This document shows, in pieces, positions 22,123 through 32,762 of a DNA stretch of 64,000 bases (position 1 is its first letter; the number at the start of each line of letters is the position of its first letter). The stretch is from Gammaproteobacteria bacterium. Its GTDB lineage: Bacteria > Pseudomonadota > Gammaproteobacteria > JABABF01. The translations under genes were made by a program, and so were the position numbers. Under the pieces are notes generated by a model, which worked only from the letters and a program-made list of their open reading frames with translations, searched no databases and was not told the origin of the DNA. The DNA lies in assembly GCA_965205525.1 (NCBI GenBank), contig OZ242171.1, forward strand, positions 1,374,269-1,438,268. Direction: 5' to 3'.

Positions 22123-22411
22123 TGTGAAATTTTACAGCAGCCCTCGCTCCGCAAAGGAGGTGATTTTTTCCTCGCCCACCACGATGTGCTCCACCACCCG
22201 GACATCCACTAGGGCCAGCGCCTCCTGCAAGTGGCGGGTGATGCGCTCGCTGCCTTTGTACCCTCGTCTCCCTCCGGACGCCAATGTGAAATTTTACAGC
22301 AGCCCTCGCTCCGCAAAGGAGGTGATTTTCCCCTCGCCCACTATGATGTGGTCCACCACCCGGACATCCACTAGGGCCAGCGCCTCCTGCAAGTGGCGGG
22401 TGATGCGCTCG
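22078..22411. repeat. 162-bp tandem duplication spanning the radC 3' end and ampG 5' end
   Basis: GATGCGCTCG at 22078, 22240 and 22402; the two copies differ at 7 positions. Confidence 0.97.
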
Positions 22412-22968
22412 TCGGCGCGGCTTGGCTCCGGGTAGCCCGAGGGATGATTGTGGGCAAAAATCACGGCAGCCGCATTGTGCTGCAGGCATGCCTCCACCAC
22501 TTGCCGGGGATAGACGCAGGCGCCGTCCAAGGAGCCTTGAAACAGCTCCCTGCACGAGATGAGGGCGTGCCGATTATCCAAGAACATGCACAGAAAAACT
22601 TCCCGGCGGCGATCCCTGAGTCGCGCCCGCAGGTAGCGATGCACCAGGCGCGGGCTATTCAGGCAAGGGCGACGGCGGATGCTGGCTAGCAGGTAGCGGC
22701 GGCTGAGCTCCAGGGCTGCCTTGGGATAAGCGCCGGAAGCAGGTCCGAAGCCCGGCAGGGCGGCGATGTCCCCCTGGTCGGCACGGAGCAGCAGCCGCAG
22801 TCCGCCGAAATGCTTGAGCAGGCTGCGGGCCCGCTCTACCTGGTTCTGCCGGCCGGCGGCGGGCAGGAACAGGGACAGGATCTCGGTATCGGACAGGCTT
22901 TCTGCCCCCCTGTGCATAAATTTCTCCAAGGGGCGATCCCCTCGGGGCCAGTTTTTAATTGCGGTCAT
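22294..22968 (-). CDS. radC: RadC/JAB-domain protein
   Basis: RP.EK....GAESLSD.E; VYPR; HNHPSG..EPS.AD JAMM motif; divergent from coaBC. Confidence 0.95.
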   Translation of the reverse strand: MTAIKNWPRGDRPLEKFMHRGAESLSDTEILSLFLPAAGRQNQVERARSLLKHFGGLRLLLRADQGDIAALPGFGPASGAYPKAALELSRRYLLASIRRRPCLNSPRLVHRYLRARLRDRRREVFLCMFLDNRHALISCRELFQGSLDGACVYPRQVVEACLQHNAAAVIFAHNHPSGYPEPSRADERITRHLQEALALVDVRVVDHIIVGEGKITSFAERGLL

Positions 22969-23056
22969 GGCTACCTCCCTGTAACCGGTCAGATCAAGAA
23001 ACTGCCGACACCTGGCGATTACCGGGCCGGGACAGTCTGCGGTACATTATCACATC

Positions 23057-24256
23057 ATGCATAGGTTTCAAAATCGGCAAATTCTGCTGGGTATCACCGG
23101 CGGCATTGCAGCCTACAAGGCGGCGGAGCTGACCCGTGCGCTGCGGCGGGAAGGGGCGGAGGTGCAGGTGGTGATGACCCGGGCCGCTGCCGATTTCATC
23201 ACGCCCCTGACCCTGCAGGCCCTGTCCGGCAAGCCGGTGCGAACGGAGCTTTTAGACACTCAGGCAGAGGCGGCCATGGGACACATTGAGCTGGCCCGCT
23301 GGGCCGATCTGGTGCTGGTGGCTCCGGCCAGCGCCGATTTCATGGCGCGGCTCGCCGCCGGGCGCTCGGACGACCTGCTGTCGGCGCTGTGCCTGGCCAC
23401 TGCGGCCCCGGTGGCCCTGGCACCGGCCATGAACCAGGGCATGTGGCTGGACCCGGCCACCCAGGAAAATTGCACACTGCTAAAGAGCCGGGGCATACGC
23501 CTATTCGGGCCCGGGGAGGGGGACCAGGCATGCGGCGATACCGGGCCCGGGCGCATGCTTGAGCCGGAGGAGCTGGCGGACTGCGCAGCCTCCTGCTTTG
23601 AGAGTCGCCTGCTGGAGGGCAAGTGCGCCCTAGTGACCGCCGGCTCCACCCGGGAGGCGCTGGACCCGGTGCGCTATCTGGGCAACCGAAGCTCCGGGCG
23701 CATGGGCTTTGCGCTGGCGGCGGCGGCGGCGGATGCCGGAGCCAAGGTGATTCTCGTCTCGGGCCCCTCCGCCCTGCCGACCCCGGAGCGGGTAGAGAGG
23801 GTGGATGTGGTATCCACCGAAGATATGCACAGGGCGGTGCTGGAAAGAGCGGGGGACTGTGATCTGCTGCTGGCAGCGGCGGCAGTGGCCGACTACCGTC
23901 CGGCGGAGCGAGCCGAGCAGAAAATTGAGAAGACAGGTGAGACACTGCACCTTTCGCTGGTACAGAACCCGGACATCCTCGCCGAGGCGGCGGCCCGGCA
24001 CCCCCAGCTTTTCACCGTGGGCTTTGCCGCTGAGACCGGGCCGCCGGCGGAGCGGGGGCGGCGCAAGCTTGATGCCAAGAAACTGGACCTGGTGGTGGCC
24101 AACGATGTGTCCCGCACAGATATCGGCTTTGATGTCGAGGACAACGAGGCGGTGCTGCTATGGCCCGGAGGGGAGGAAGCCCTGCCCCGGGCCTCAAAGC
24201 GGCAGCTGGCAGTCCAGATTCTGGAGCGCGTGGCAAAACGGATGGCCCAGCGCTGA
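23057..24256 (+). CDS. coaBC: Phosphopantothenoylcysteine decarboxylase/synthetase
   Basis: TGGIAAYK, HIELARWAD, PAMN, ACGD.GPGR, DPVRY..N.SSG.MG, VGFAAET. Confidence 0.97.
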   Translation: MHRFQNRQILLGITGGIAAYKAAELTRALRREGAEVQVVMTRAAADFITPLTLQALSGKPVRTELLDTQAEAAMGHIELARWADLVLVAPASADFMARLAAGRSDDLLSALCLATAAPVALAPAMNQGMWLDPATQENCTLLKSRGIRLFGPGEGDQACGDTGPGRMLEPEELADCAASCFESRLLEGKCALVTAGSTREALDPVRYLGNRSSGRMGFALAAAAADAGAKVILVSGPSALPTPERVERVDVVSTEDMHRAVLERAGDCDLLLAAAAVADYRPAERAEQKIEKTGETLHLSLVQNPDILAEAAARHPQLFTVGFAAETGPPAERGRRKLDAKKLDLVVANDVSRTDIGFDVEDNEAVLLWPGGEEALPRASKRQLAVQILERVAKRMAQR

Positions 24257-24382
24257 GTCAGCCGCCGAGCAAATGCCAGATTCTCCGCCCTGCAGGCCGC
24301 CCCTCAGCCCTTTCCCCCTGCCCTCTCTGCCGCCGCTCCCAAGGAGTGCTCGGACAGGCAGTGAAGCAGCGGCACAGCCCTC

Positions 24383-25219
24383 ATGAGCACCGTGCGGGAG
24401 CTGCTGGCAGCGCAGGCTGAACTGCAGAGGGTAAGCGACACACCGCGCCTAGACGCAGAGCTGCTGCTGGCCTATTGCCTAGATGCCCCCCGCAGTTATC
24501 TGTATGCCCGCCCGGAGGCAAGGGTGCCCCCGGACCCGGCGGCGCGCTTTTGCGAGCTGGTGCGGCGGCGGGGACAGGGGGAGCCGGTGGCCTACCTGCG
24601 CGGCTGCCGAGCCTTCTGGACTCTGGATCTGAAAACCGACCCCCGGGCCCTGGTGCCGAGGCCAGAGACAGAACTCCTGGTGAGCAGGGCATTGGAGCAG
24701 CTGCCGAAGAGATGCAAGGGGTGTGCGGCAGACCTCGGCACCGGAAGCGGCGCCGTCGCACTGGCCCTGGCCAAGGAGCGCCCCGCCATGAAAGTGCTGG
24801 GCACGGACATCAGTCGGGATGCGCTGGCCCTGGCAGCGGAGAACCGCCGCCGCCTTTCGTGCAGCGGACTGCACCTGGCTCAAGGGGACTGGTGCGCCCC
24901 TTTAGCCCGTGAAAGCTTCTGCCTGGTGGTGGCCAATCCTCCCTACCTGGAAGAGGATGACCCGGCGCTGAGTGCCCCGCCCCTGTGCCTGGAGCCCAGG
25001 AAGGCGCTGGCCGCCGGCAGCGATGGGCTGGCGGCCATAGCGGCGATTATTCCGGAGGCGCTGCAGCGTCTCATCCCCGGCGGCCTGCTTCTGGTGGAGC
25101 ATGCGCCGACGCAGGCGCAAGCCGTAGGGCGGATGCTGGAGCAGCACGGCTACCGGCGGACCGAGACCCTGAGGGATTTGGGGGGACAGCCCAGGGTGTC
25201 GGCGGGATGGCGACCATGA
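24383..25219 (+). CDS. prmC: Release factor glutamine methyltransferase
   Basis: GEPVAY, LVPRPETE, DLGTGSG, NPPY. Confidence 0.96.
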   Translation: MSTVRELLAAQAELQRVSDTPRLDAELLLAYCLDAPRSYLYARPEARVPPDPAARFCELVRRRGQGEPVAYLRGCRAFWTLDLKTDPRALVPRPETELLVSRALEQLPKRCKGCAADLGTGSGAVALALAKERPAMKVLGTDISRDALALAAENRRRLSCSGLHLAQGDWCAPLARESFCLVVANPPYLEEDDPALSAPPLCLEPRKALAAGSDGLAAIAAIIPEALQRLIPGGLLLVEHAPTQAQAVGRMLEQHGYRRTETLRDLGGQPRVSAGWRP

Positions 25220-25968
25220 AACGGGAGAGTCTGCTGCGCTACAGTCGGCAGATCATGCTGCCGGACTTCGGCGAAGAGGGGCAGAACAAGCTGCGGCAGT
25301 CCCGGGTGCTGGTGGCAGGGCTGGGGGGGCTGGGAAGTCCCGCTGCCCTGTATCTGGCCGCGGCAGGGGTCGGCTGCCTGGTGCTGGCGGACGATGACCG
25401 CACAGAGCTCGGCAACCTGCAACGGCAGATCCTCCACGGCACACCGGACTTAGGAGAGCTGAAGACCGCCTCGGCCCGGCGCCGACTGGAAGACCTCAAC
25501 CCGGAGGTAGAGATTGTGACGGAGGAGCGGCGCCTGGCGGGAGCCTTTCTGGAGGAGCATGTGGCCAGGGCAGACCTGGTGCTGGATGCCAGTGATAATT
25601 TTGCCACCCGCTTTGCCATTAATCGGGCCTGCCACAGCCACCGGAAACCCCTGGTCTCCGGTGCTGCCATCCGGGCCGAAGGACAGGTGGCGGTGTTTGA
25701 CCACCGGCAGGGGGGCGGTCCCTGCTACCGCTGCCTGTATGACGATGGGGTTGGAAACCACGGTCTCAACTGCGCCGAGAGCGGCGTGCTCGCACCGATA
25801 ACCGGCATTATCGGCACGGTCCAGGCCCTGGAAGCGATCAAGATTCTGAGCGGCTACGGGGAGAGCCTGCACGGACGCCTGCTGGTGCTAGACGGTGCAG
25901 CCATGCGCTGGAGGGATCTCCGGCTGCCCCCAGACCCGGCCTGCCCGGTCTGCTCGCACCGACTTTGA
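25216..25968 (+). CDS. moeB: Molybdopterin-synthase adenylyltransferase MoeB/ThiF family
   Basis: RYSRQI, GLGGLG, NLQRQ, CYRC...C...CPVC; start MKRES overlaps the prmC stop. Confidence 0.9.
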   Translation: MKRESLLRYSRQIMLPDFGEEGQNKLRQSRVLVAGLGGLGSPAALYLAAAGVGCLVLADDDRTELGNLQRQILHGTPDLGELKTASARRRLEDLNPEVEIVTEERRLAGAFLEEHVARADLVLDASDNFATRFAINRACHSHRKPLVSGAAIRAEGQVAVFDHRQGGGPCYRCLYDDGVGNHGLNCAESGVLAPITGIIGTVQALEAIKILSGYGESLHGRLLVLDGAAMRWRDLRLPPDPACPVCSHRL

Positions 25969-26065
25969 AAAACAGCGATGAATGTGGCATTCTGCACGCA
26001 ATTGACGGCATAATACCCGTATCCGTACCCAATCTATTGGTCCGACAACTCTGAGGAGACCTGCT

Positions 26066-26716
26066 ATGAACTTGAACGTGATAGATATTTACTACTGGCT
26101 GCGCGATGCAATCACTTGGCGCTTGAGGTTCTTTAATTGGGTTCCCGCCTTGGGCCTTCGCCTGATGCTGGCGCCAGTGCTGATTGTGGCCGGACTCAAT
26201 AAATTTGAGCACTTTGACAATACGGTCACCTGGTTTGGTGAAGGCCTCGGCCTGCCTGTGCCGGGGCTGCTGGCTTTTGTAGCGGCCGCCACCGAATTGG
26301 TGGGAGGGCTGCTGCTTGTAATCGGCCTGGCGGTGCGCTGGATATCCGTGCCCCTGATGTTCACCATGGTGGTCGCCGCCGCCACTGTCCACTGGGAGCA
26401 CGGCTGGTTCGCCATCGCCCCCAGCAGCGCCAGCACCAGCCCCGCCCGGGCGGTTGCCGCTCTCGGCATTCCCGCCGCCGTGGAAAGCCAGAAAGGCACG
26501 GTGGAAACGCGGAATATTCTCAACAGGAACAGACAAATCCTGCAGCGGCAGGGCAACTACGAGTATCTGACTTCAAAGGGTCCCATAGTTATCCTAAACA
26601 ACGGCATTGAATTCGCCGCCATCTATTTTATGATGCTGATGGTGCTCCTGCTCATCGGCAGCGGGCGCATCAGCATAGATTTCTGGCTGGACCGATGGCT
26701 GCGCTTGCCCAAATGA
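26066..26716 (+). CDS. DoxX-family membrane protein
   Basis: LRL.LAPV, E..GG.LL..GLA.R, VHWEHGW, NNGIEFA. Confidence 0.85.
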   Translation: MNLNVIDIYYWLRDAITWRLRFFNWVPALGLRLMLAPVLIVAGLNKFEHFDNTVTWFGEGLGLPVPGLLAFVAAATELVGGLLLVIGLAVRWISVPLMFTMVVAAATVHWEHGWFAIAPSSASTSPARAVAALGIPAAVESQKGTVETRNILNRNRQILQRQGNYEYLTSKGPIVILNNGIEFAAIYFMMLMVLLLIGSGRISIDFWLDRWLRLPK

Positions 26717-26784
26717 GCAGGCCGAGGGAGGGCGGCGGCTCCCAATTCCCCGCCCTTGGCCCTGTTATGCCTGCATAGAATTCT

Positions 26785-27225
26785 ATGGATATACGCAAGA
26801 TCAAGAAGCTAATTGAGCTCCTCAAGGAATCTGGTTTGGGGGAGATTGAAGTGCGGGAGGGGGAGGAATCGGTGCGCATCTGCCAGACCACAGCCCCGCA
26901 AACCGCTGTGCCTCCGGCAGTGCCCCCCGTCTTCGCTCCGGCAGCCGCCCCGACAGCCAAAGAGCCGACGGCAGCGGAGCCAGCCCCCAGCGGGCATGCT
27001 GTCCGCTCTCCGATGGTAGGCACTTTGTATCGGGCCCCCTCCCCCGGCGCTCCCCCTTTTGTGGATGTGGGACAGCGCATTGAGGAGGGGGATGTCATCT
27101 GCATCGTGGAGGCGATGAAGATGATGAACCACGTGGAGGCGGACCGTGCCGGCACGGTGAAGGCAATCCTGGTGGAAAACGGCCAGCCGGTGGAGTTTGA
27201 CCAGCCCCTGCTGACGATTGTCTGA
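26785..27225 (+). CDS. accB: Biotin carboxyl carrier protein
   Basis: [12 protein letters not shown]; EAMKM biotinylation motif. Confidence 0.98.
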   Translation: MDIRKIKKLIELLKESGLGEIEVREGEESVRICQTTAPQTAVPPAVPPVFAPAAAPTAKEPTAAEPAPSGHAVRSPMVGTLYRAPSPGAPPFVDVGQRIEEGDVICIVEAMKMMNHVEADRAGTVKAILVENGQPVEFDQPLLTIV

Positions 27226-27248
27226 GGCCGAAGCGCCCTCCTCCCTTC

Positions 27249-28589
27249 ATGCTGGAAAAAGTGGTTATCGCCAATCGCGGCGAAATTGCTCTGCGTGTTT
27301 TGCGCGCCTGTCGCGAGCTCGGCATACGAACGGTAGCGGTGCATTCCACGGCAGACCGGGATTTGAAGCATGTGCGCTTAGCGGATGAATCGGTGTGCAT
27401 CGGTCCGCCGCCCCCCGGAGAGAGCTACCTGAATATCGCGGCGATCATCAGTGCCGCAGAAATTACGGATGCCACTGCTATTCATCCAGGCTACGGCTTC
27501 CTGGCGGAAAACCCGGACTTTGCGGAGATCGTGGAGAAGAACGGTTTCGTCTTCATCGGTCCGTCACCGGAGGTGATCCGCACCATGGGCGACAAAGTGG
27601 CTGCAATTCGCGCCATGCGGGAGGCGGGTGTGCCCACCGTGCCCGGCTCCGACGGCCCGCTGGGGGAAGACCAGGAGCGCACCTTGGCAACGGCCCGGGA
27701 GATCGGCTATCCGGTGATGATCAAGGCTGCCGCCGGCGGCGGCGGGCGCGGCATGCGGGTGGTGCACGGCGAGGCCGCCCTGCTGAACGCGGTGTCGCTG
27801 ACCCAGGGGGAAGCCCACGCCGCCTTCGGCGACGGGCGTGTATATCTGGAAAAATTCTTGGAGAAGCCGCGCCATGTGGAGGTGCAAGTTCTCGCCGATG
27901 GCCATGGCAACGTCGTCCATCTGTGGGACCGGGACTGTTCTGTGCAGCGTCGCCACCAGAAGGTGCTGGAGGAGGCGCCGGCACCGGGTATTCCCGACAA
28001 TCTGCGCCAGCAGGTGGCGGAGCTCTGTGTGGATGCCTGTCGGCGCATAGGCTATCGGAGCGCCGGCACCTTTGAATTCCTATACCAGGATGAAGTGTTC
28101 TGCTTTATTGAAATGAATACCCGGGTGCAGGTGGAGCACCCGGTCACCGAGATGGTTACCGGGGTGGACATCGTGCGCGAGCAGCTGCGCATTGCAGGAG
28201 GCGAGCCCCTCTCTTTCCGGCAGGAGGACATAGCGGTGCGGGGACACGCCATAGAGTGCCGCATCAATGCCGAGGACCCGGTCACCTTTGCCCCCTCCCC
28301 GGGACAGGTTACCCGCTACCATGCCCCCGGCGGCACTGGCATCCGGGTGGATTCCCATCTGTATACCGGCTACACGGTGCCTCCCTACTACGATTCCCTG
28401 CTGAGCAAGATCATCGGCTGCGGCGACGATCGCGACAGCGCTCTCGGACGGCTTGCCCAGGCCCTTGAAGAAACCATCGTGGACGGCATTCGCACCAACA
28501 TCCCGATGCACCAGGAAATCCTGCGGGACAGCCAATTCCGGCAGGGGGGCGTATCCATCCGCTACCTGGAGAAAAAACTCGGCCAATAA
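27249..28589 (+). CDS. accC: Biotin carboxylase
   Basis: [34 protein letters not shown]. Confidence 0.98.
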   Translation: MLEKVVIANRGEIALRVLRACRELGIRTVAVHSTADRDLKHVRLADESVCIGPPPPGESYLNIAAIISAAEITDATAIHPGYGFLAENPDFAEIVEKNGFVFIGPSPEVIRTMGDKVAAIRAMREAGVPTVPGSDGPLGEDQERTLATAREIGYPVMIKAAAGGGGRGMRVVHGEAALLNAVSLTQGEAHAAFGDGRVYLEKFLEKPRHVEVQVLADGHGNVVHLWDRDCSVQRRHQKVLEEAPAPGIPDNLRQQVAELCVDACRRIGYRSAGTFEFLYQDEVFCFIEMNTRVQVEHPVTEMVTGVDIVREQLRIAGGEPLSFRQEDIAVRGHAIECRINAEDPVTFAPSPGQVTRYHAPGGTGIRVDSHLYTGYTVPPYYDSLLSKIIGCGDDRDSALGRLAQALEETIVDGIRTNIPMHQEILRDSQFRQGGVSIRYLEKKLGQ

Positions 28590-28753
28590 GCCTGCGCACC
28601 GCTCTCCAGCTGTGCTGGGGCTGCGCTCTCATCGCGCAGCAAGGCGCAAGAGGCATGAATTTTTACAGGAGAGGGAGCTGGGCTACAATAATCCCGCGCT
28701 CGCCCTAGGTCAGGGCCGGGCTGCTCCAACAAACCGACAAAGGAGAGGACGGC

Positions 28754-29185
28754 ATGCAAGATTATCAGCACAAAGCAACCACTGGAGTCGCCGAGGGCAC
28801 TGCCCCAGGAAGCCAGTCATCCCAGACCATGCCGACGGTGCGGGCCTGTGTGGCCGAGCGGGTAGCGCGCTACCTGGAGGGACTGAATGGCCAGGAAGGG
28901 CCGGGCCGGCTGTACCGGATGATGACCGCGGAGGTAGAGCTGCCGATGCTGCGGGAGGTCCTCGCGTACACCAAGGACAACTGCTGCCAGGCGGCACGCA
29001 TCCTCGGTCTCAACCGAGGCACCCTGCTGGCACGGCTGAAACGCTACGGCCTGGACCAGGAGATCCATTCACGAAGGCACCGGAGGCTGCGGGGAAGCGA
29101 AGGGCTGGTTTCACTGCAGCGTTTCCCCAGCGGAGCACGACGGGAAAACCGACACTCGGAAACCTACAATGAGCGCCACTCCTAA
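28754..29185 (+). CDS. fis: Fis-like DNA-binding protein with C-terminal extension
   Basis: LY.MM..EVE.PML, AA.ILGLNRGTL..RLKRYGL HTH; canonical position before purH. Confidence 0.85.
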   Translation: MQDYQHKATTGVAEGTAPGSQSSQTMPTVRACVAERVARYLEGLNGQEGPGRLYRMMTAEVELPMLREVLAYTKDNCCQAARILGLNRGTLLARLKRYGLDQEIHSRRHRRLRGSEGLVSLQRFPSGARRENRHSETYNERHS

Positions 29186-30767
29186 GAGCGGGCAGCGTTC
29201 GGTGCGGCGCGCATTGCTGAGCCTCAGCGACAAGAATGGGGCGATTGATTTCGCCCGGGCGCTGACGGCTATGGAAGTGGAAATCTTCTCCACCGGCGGC
29301 ACCTGCCGCCTGCTGAGGGAGGCGGAGATTCCGTGCCGGGAGGTGTCGGACTACACGGACTTTCCAGAGATGATGGGGGGGCGCATCAAAACCCTGCACC
29401 CCAAGGTGCACGGCGGCATTCTGGGCCGGCGCGGCATTGACGATGAGGTGATGGAGACCCACGGCATTCTGCCTTTTGATCTGGTGGCGGTGAACCTCTA
29501 CCCCTTTGCCGAGACCGTGGCAAAGCCGGACTGCACCCCGGCTGAGGGGGTGGAGCAGATAGATATCGGCGGACCGGCGATGCTGCGGGCCGCGGCAAAA
29601 AACCATCGGGATGTGGCGGTAGTCACAGACCCCGGGGACTACCCCGAGGTGCTGACCGCCCTCGCTGACGGCGGACTGCCGGAGGGCAAGCGGCGGCAGC
29701 TGGCAGCCAAGGCATTTGCCCATACCGCCGCGTACGATGCCGCTGTCACGGCCTGGCTCAAAAGCCAGGAGACAGGGCAGCCGGCAGCGAAGCCAAAAGA
29801 GCATCTTCCCCCTCTCCTGCACTGGCAGCTCAAAAAACAGGAGGACCTGCGCTACGGCGAAAACCCGCACCAGAAGGCCGCCCTGTACCGGGAGATGCCC
29901 CCCGGGGAGGAGCCCGGGGCGGCGAATGCACAGCAGCTGCAAGGGCGCCCCCTCTCCTACAACAACCTGCTGGATGCAGATGCCGCCCTGGAGTGTGTGA
30001 AGCTTCTTCAGGGGCCCGCCTGCGTTATCGTCAAGCATGCCAATCCCTGTGGGGCGGCGACCGGAGACAGCCTGCAAAAAGCCTACGAAGCCGCCTGGGC
30101 CACCGACCCCACCTCCGCTTTTGGCGGCATCATCGCCTGCAGCCAGGAGCTGGACCGGGCCACCGCAGAGGCCATCATGGAAAGGCAGTTCGTGGAGGTG
30201 ATTATTGCGCCGGCGGTAGCGAAGGAGACCGCAAAGGCGCTGCAGCAGAAGGAGAATATCCGGGTGCTGATCACCGGGGACTGGAGCGGACGGCAGCAGG
30301 GTGCTCTGCATGCCCACCGCATCACCGGCGGTCTGCTGGTGCAGGAGCGGGACACCCGTCCCGCAAAGGAGGAGGACTGGCGAGTGGCAAGCCAGCGCAC
30401 ACCCGGGGCCGCGGAAGAGGCAGACCTGCGCTTCGCCTGGCATATCGCCCGCTTTGTAAAATCCAATGCGATTGTCTTTGCCAAGGGGGGACGCACCCTG
30501 GGCATCGGCGCCGGGCAGACAAGCCGCGTTCACAGCGTGCGCATCGCGGTCATGAAAGCCGCCGATGAAGGGCTGAATCTCAAGGGGGCGGCAATGGCAT
30601 CGGATGCCTTCTTCCCGTTCCGGGACGGAGTGGACGCCGCCGCCGAAGCGGGAATTTCCGCCGTGATTCAGCCCGGCGGCTCCAAGCGGGACGAAGAGGT
30701 CATCGCGGCAGCGAATGAGCGGGAAATGGCGATGGTGCTTACCGGCGCACGACACTTCCGGCACTGA
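29169..30767 (+). CDS. purH: Bifunctional AICAR transformylase/IMP cyclohydrolase
   Basis: STGGT, GRIKTLHP, IDIGGP, LRYGENPHQ, SDAFFPF, RHFRH. Confidence 0.98.
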   Translation: MSATPKSGQRSVRRALLSLSDKNGAIDFARALTAMEVEIFSTGGTCRLLREAEIPCREVSDYTDFPEMMGGRIKTLHPKVHGGILGRRGIDDEVMETHGILPFDLVAVNLYPFAETVAKPDCTPAEGVEQIDIGGPAMLRAAAKNHRDVAVVTDPGDYPEVLTALADGGLPEGKRRQLAAKAFAHTAAYDAAVTAWLKSQETGQPAAKPKEHLPPLLHWQLKKQEDLRYGENPHQKAALYREMPPGEEPGAANAQQLQGRPLSYNNLLDADAALECVKLLQGPACVIVKHANPCGAATGDSLQKAYEAAWATDPTSAFGGIIACSQELDRATAEAIMERQFVEVIIAPAVAKETAKALQQKENIRVLITGDWSGRQQGALHAHRITGGLLVQERDTRPAKEEDWRVASQRTPGAAEEADLRFAWHIARFVKSNAIVFAKGGRTLGIGAGQTSRVHSVRIAVMKAADEGLNLKGAAMASDAFFPFRDGVDAAAEAGISAVIQPGGSKRDEEVIAAANEREMAMVLTGARHFRH

Positions 30768-30775
30768 AAAACAGA

Positions 30776-32065
30776 ATGGCAGAGGTGCTGATAGCAGGCG
30801 GCGGCGGGCGCGAACATGCGCTGGCCTGGAAACTGAGCAGCTCTCCCCAGGTAGAGAAAGTTTTTGTCGCCCCGGGCAACGCCGGCACCGCCGCCGAGGC
30901 GGGGGTGGAAAACCTGCCGCTGGAAGCATCCGACATTGAAAAGCTGGCAGACTTCGCCGCCGAGCGGGACCTGGCTCTCACGGTGATCGGGCCGGAAGCG
31001 CCGCTGGCAGCGGGTATTGCGAATCTCTTCTCGGCGAGACATCTGCCCTGCTTCGGACCAGGACGCAAAGCGGCGCAGCTGGAAAGCTCCAAGTCCTTCA
31101 CCAAGGAGCTGCTGGAGCGCCACGCCATCCCGACGGCAGAGTACCGGACATTCACCGAGGAGAAGGCGGCCCTGGCCTACCTGCGGGAGCGAAAGATGCC
31201 TTTGGTCATCAAGGCGGACGGCCTTGCCGGCGGCAAGGGAGTGACGGTGGCCTCCAGCCCGGAAGAAGCGGAAACAGCGGTGCGGCACATGCTGAGCGGA
31301 AACGCTTTCGGCGATGCCGGCCGCAAGGTGGTGATAGAAGAATTTCTAGAGGGAGAGGAAGTCAGTTTTATTGCCATGGTGAACGGCAGCGAGCTTCTGC
31401 CCCTGGCGAGCTCCCAGGACCACAAGGCCCGGGACGATGGAGACCAGGGGCCGAATACCGGCGGCATGGGAGCCTATTCCCCCGCTCCAGCAGTGGACCC
31501 CGAGATGCATGAGAGGATCATGAAAGAGGTGATGCGACCGGCGGTGGCGGCGCTGGCCGAGGAGAATATTCCCTATACGGGCTTTCTCTACGCGGGTCTG
31601 ATGATCGGCAAGGACGGCCAGCCCCGGGTGCTGGAGTTCAACTGCCGGCTGGGGGACCCGGAGACACAGCCGCTTCTGATGCGCTTGCGGTCAGACCTGT
31701 ATGAACTGTGCCAGGAGGCCCTGGCGGGGCGGCTGGGCGGCTGTCGGGCGGAATGGGACACCCGGGCCGCCCTGGGAGTGGTTTTGGCCGCCGAGGGTTA
31801 CCCCGGCCCCTATCGCAAAGGCGATCGGATTAGCCTGCCCGCCGAGCCCGGGCCGGCGGCAAAAATCTTTCACGCGGGAACCCGCCTCGTGAAGGAGCAG
31901 GCAGTAACCGCCGGCGGGCGGGTACTGTGCGCCACCGCCTTGGGAGACACGGTGGGCGATGCCCAAAAGACCGCCTACCAATTGTGCGGACAGATCCGGT
32001 GGGACGGAATGTTCTGCCGAAGGGATATCGGCTACCGGGCCATCGCCCGGGAACAGGGCGAATGA
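30776..32065 (+). CDS. purD: Phosphoribosylamine-glycine ligase
   Basis: GGGREHA, KADGLAGGKGV, GPNTGGMG, EFNCRLGDPE. Confidence 0.98.
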   Translation: MAEVLIAGGGGREHALAWKLSSSPQVEKVFVAPGNAGTAAEAGVENLPLEASDIEKLADFAAERDLALTVIGPEAPLAAGIANLFSARHLPCFGPGRKAAQLESSKSFTKELLERHAIPTAEYRTFTEEKAALAYLRERKMPLVIKADGLAGGKGVTVASSPEEAETAVRHMLSGNAFGDAGRKVVIEEFLEGEEVSFIAMVNGSELLPLASSQDHKARDDGDQGPNTGGMGAYSPAPAVDPEMHERIMKEVMRPAVAALAEENIPYTGFLYAGLMIGKDGQPRVLEFNCRLGDPETQPLLMRLRSDLYELCQEALAGRLGGCRAEWDTRAALGVVLAAEGYPGPYRKGDRISLPAEPGPAAKIFHAGTRLVKEQAVTAGGRVLCATALGDTVGDAQKTAYQLCGQIRWDGMFCRRDIGYRAIAREQGE

Positions 32066-32736
32066 ATACACCGCTGCCCGGGGACGAAAACGGAGAGGAT
32101 GGCCGCAGCCTGTCCTGCCGGGATCGAATCATCGCCGAGCTGGACACCGCCCTTCGCACACTGGGGAACGGCCAGCGGAGCAATAGGCCCTCCCCTGCCC
32201 GGAAGCAGCCGGAGGAAACCCTCGGCCCGGCAGAGCGGCGGCAATCCATCGGTCTGATGCGGGTTAATCACGCCGGGGAAATCTGTGCCCAGGCCCTGTA
32301 CCAGGGGCAGGGACTGACAGCCAGAAGCCCTCAGCTGCGCCGCATGATGGAGCAGGCTGCCGCCGAGGAGGTGGATCACCTGGCCTGGTGCAGAGAGCGC
32401 CTGCGACAGCTGGGGGCGCGCCCAAGCGTGCTAAACCCCTGCTGGTATGCCCTTTCCTTCGCTCTCGGCAGCCTGGCCGGGCTGGCCGGAGGGCGCATCA
32501 ACCTGGGCTTTCTCGCCGCCACCGAGCAGCAGGTGGAAGCGCATCTCAGCGAGCACCTGGAGAAGCTGCCGGAGGCAGACGGCAAAAGCCATGCCATACT
32601 GAAACAGATGCGCCTGGAAGAGGCCGCCCACGGGGACCGGGCCCTGGCCGCCGGGGGACGGGTATTCGGAGCACCCATGCACAGGGGCATGCGTCTTCTG
32701 TCCCGAATTATGACCTTCAGCAGCTACCGCATCTGA
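32062..32736 (+). CDS. coq7: Demethoxyubiquinone hydroxylase Coq7
   Basis: MRVNHAGE.CAQALY, EE.DHL, TE.QVE.HL, EEAAH di-iron motifs. Confidence 0.95.
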   Translation: MNTPLPGDENGEDGRSLSCRDRIIAELDTALRTLGNGQRSNRPSPARKQPEETLGPAERRQSIGLMRVNHAGEICAQALYQGQGLTARSPQLRRMMEQAAAEEVDHLAWCRERLRQLGARPSVLNPCWYALSFALGSLAGLAGGRINLGFLAATEQQVEAHLSEHLEKLPEADGKSHAILKQMRLEEAAHGDRALAAGGRVFGAPMHRGMRLLSRIMTFSSYRI

Positions 32737-32762
32737 CACAGCGGCAGCGCATCCCCGAGCCC

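Noticed and set aside
22078-22411. Diversity-generating retroelement TR/VR pair
   Set aside because: Mismatches are not confined to adenines, the copies are directly tandem with microhomology ends, and no reverse transcriptase is in the window.
29010-30929. Long antisense ORFs (also 6513-8012, 11024-12079, 45548-46435)
   Set aside because: These are shadows of well-supported genes on the opposite strand in GC-rich DNA and carry no motifs.
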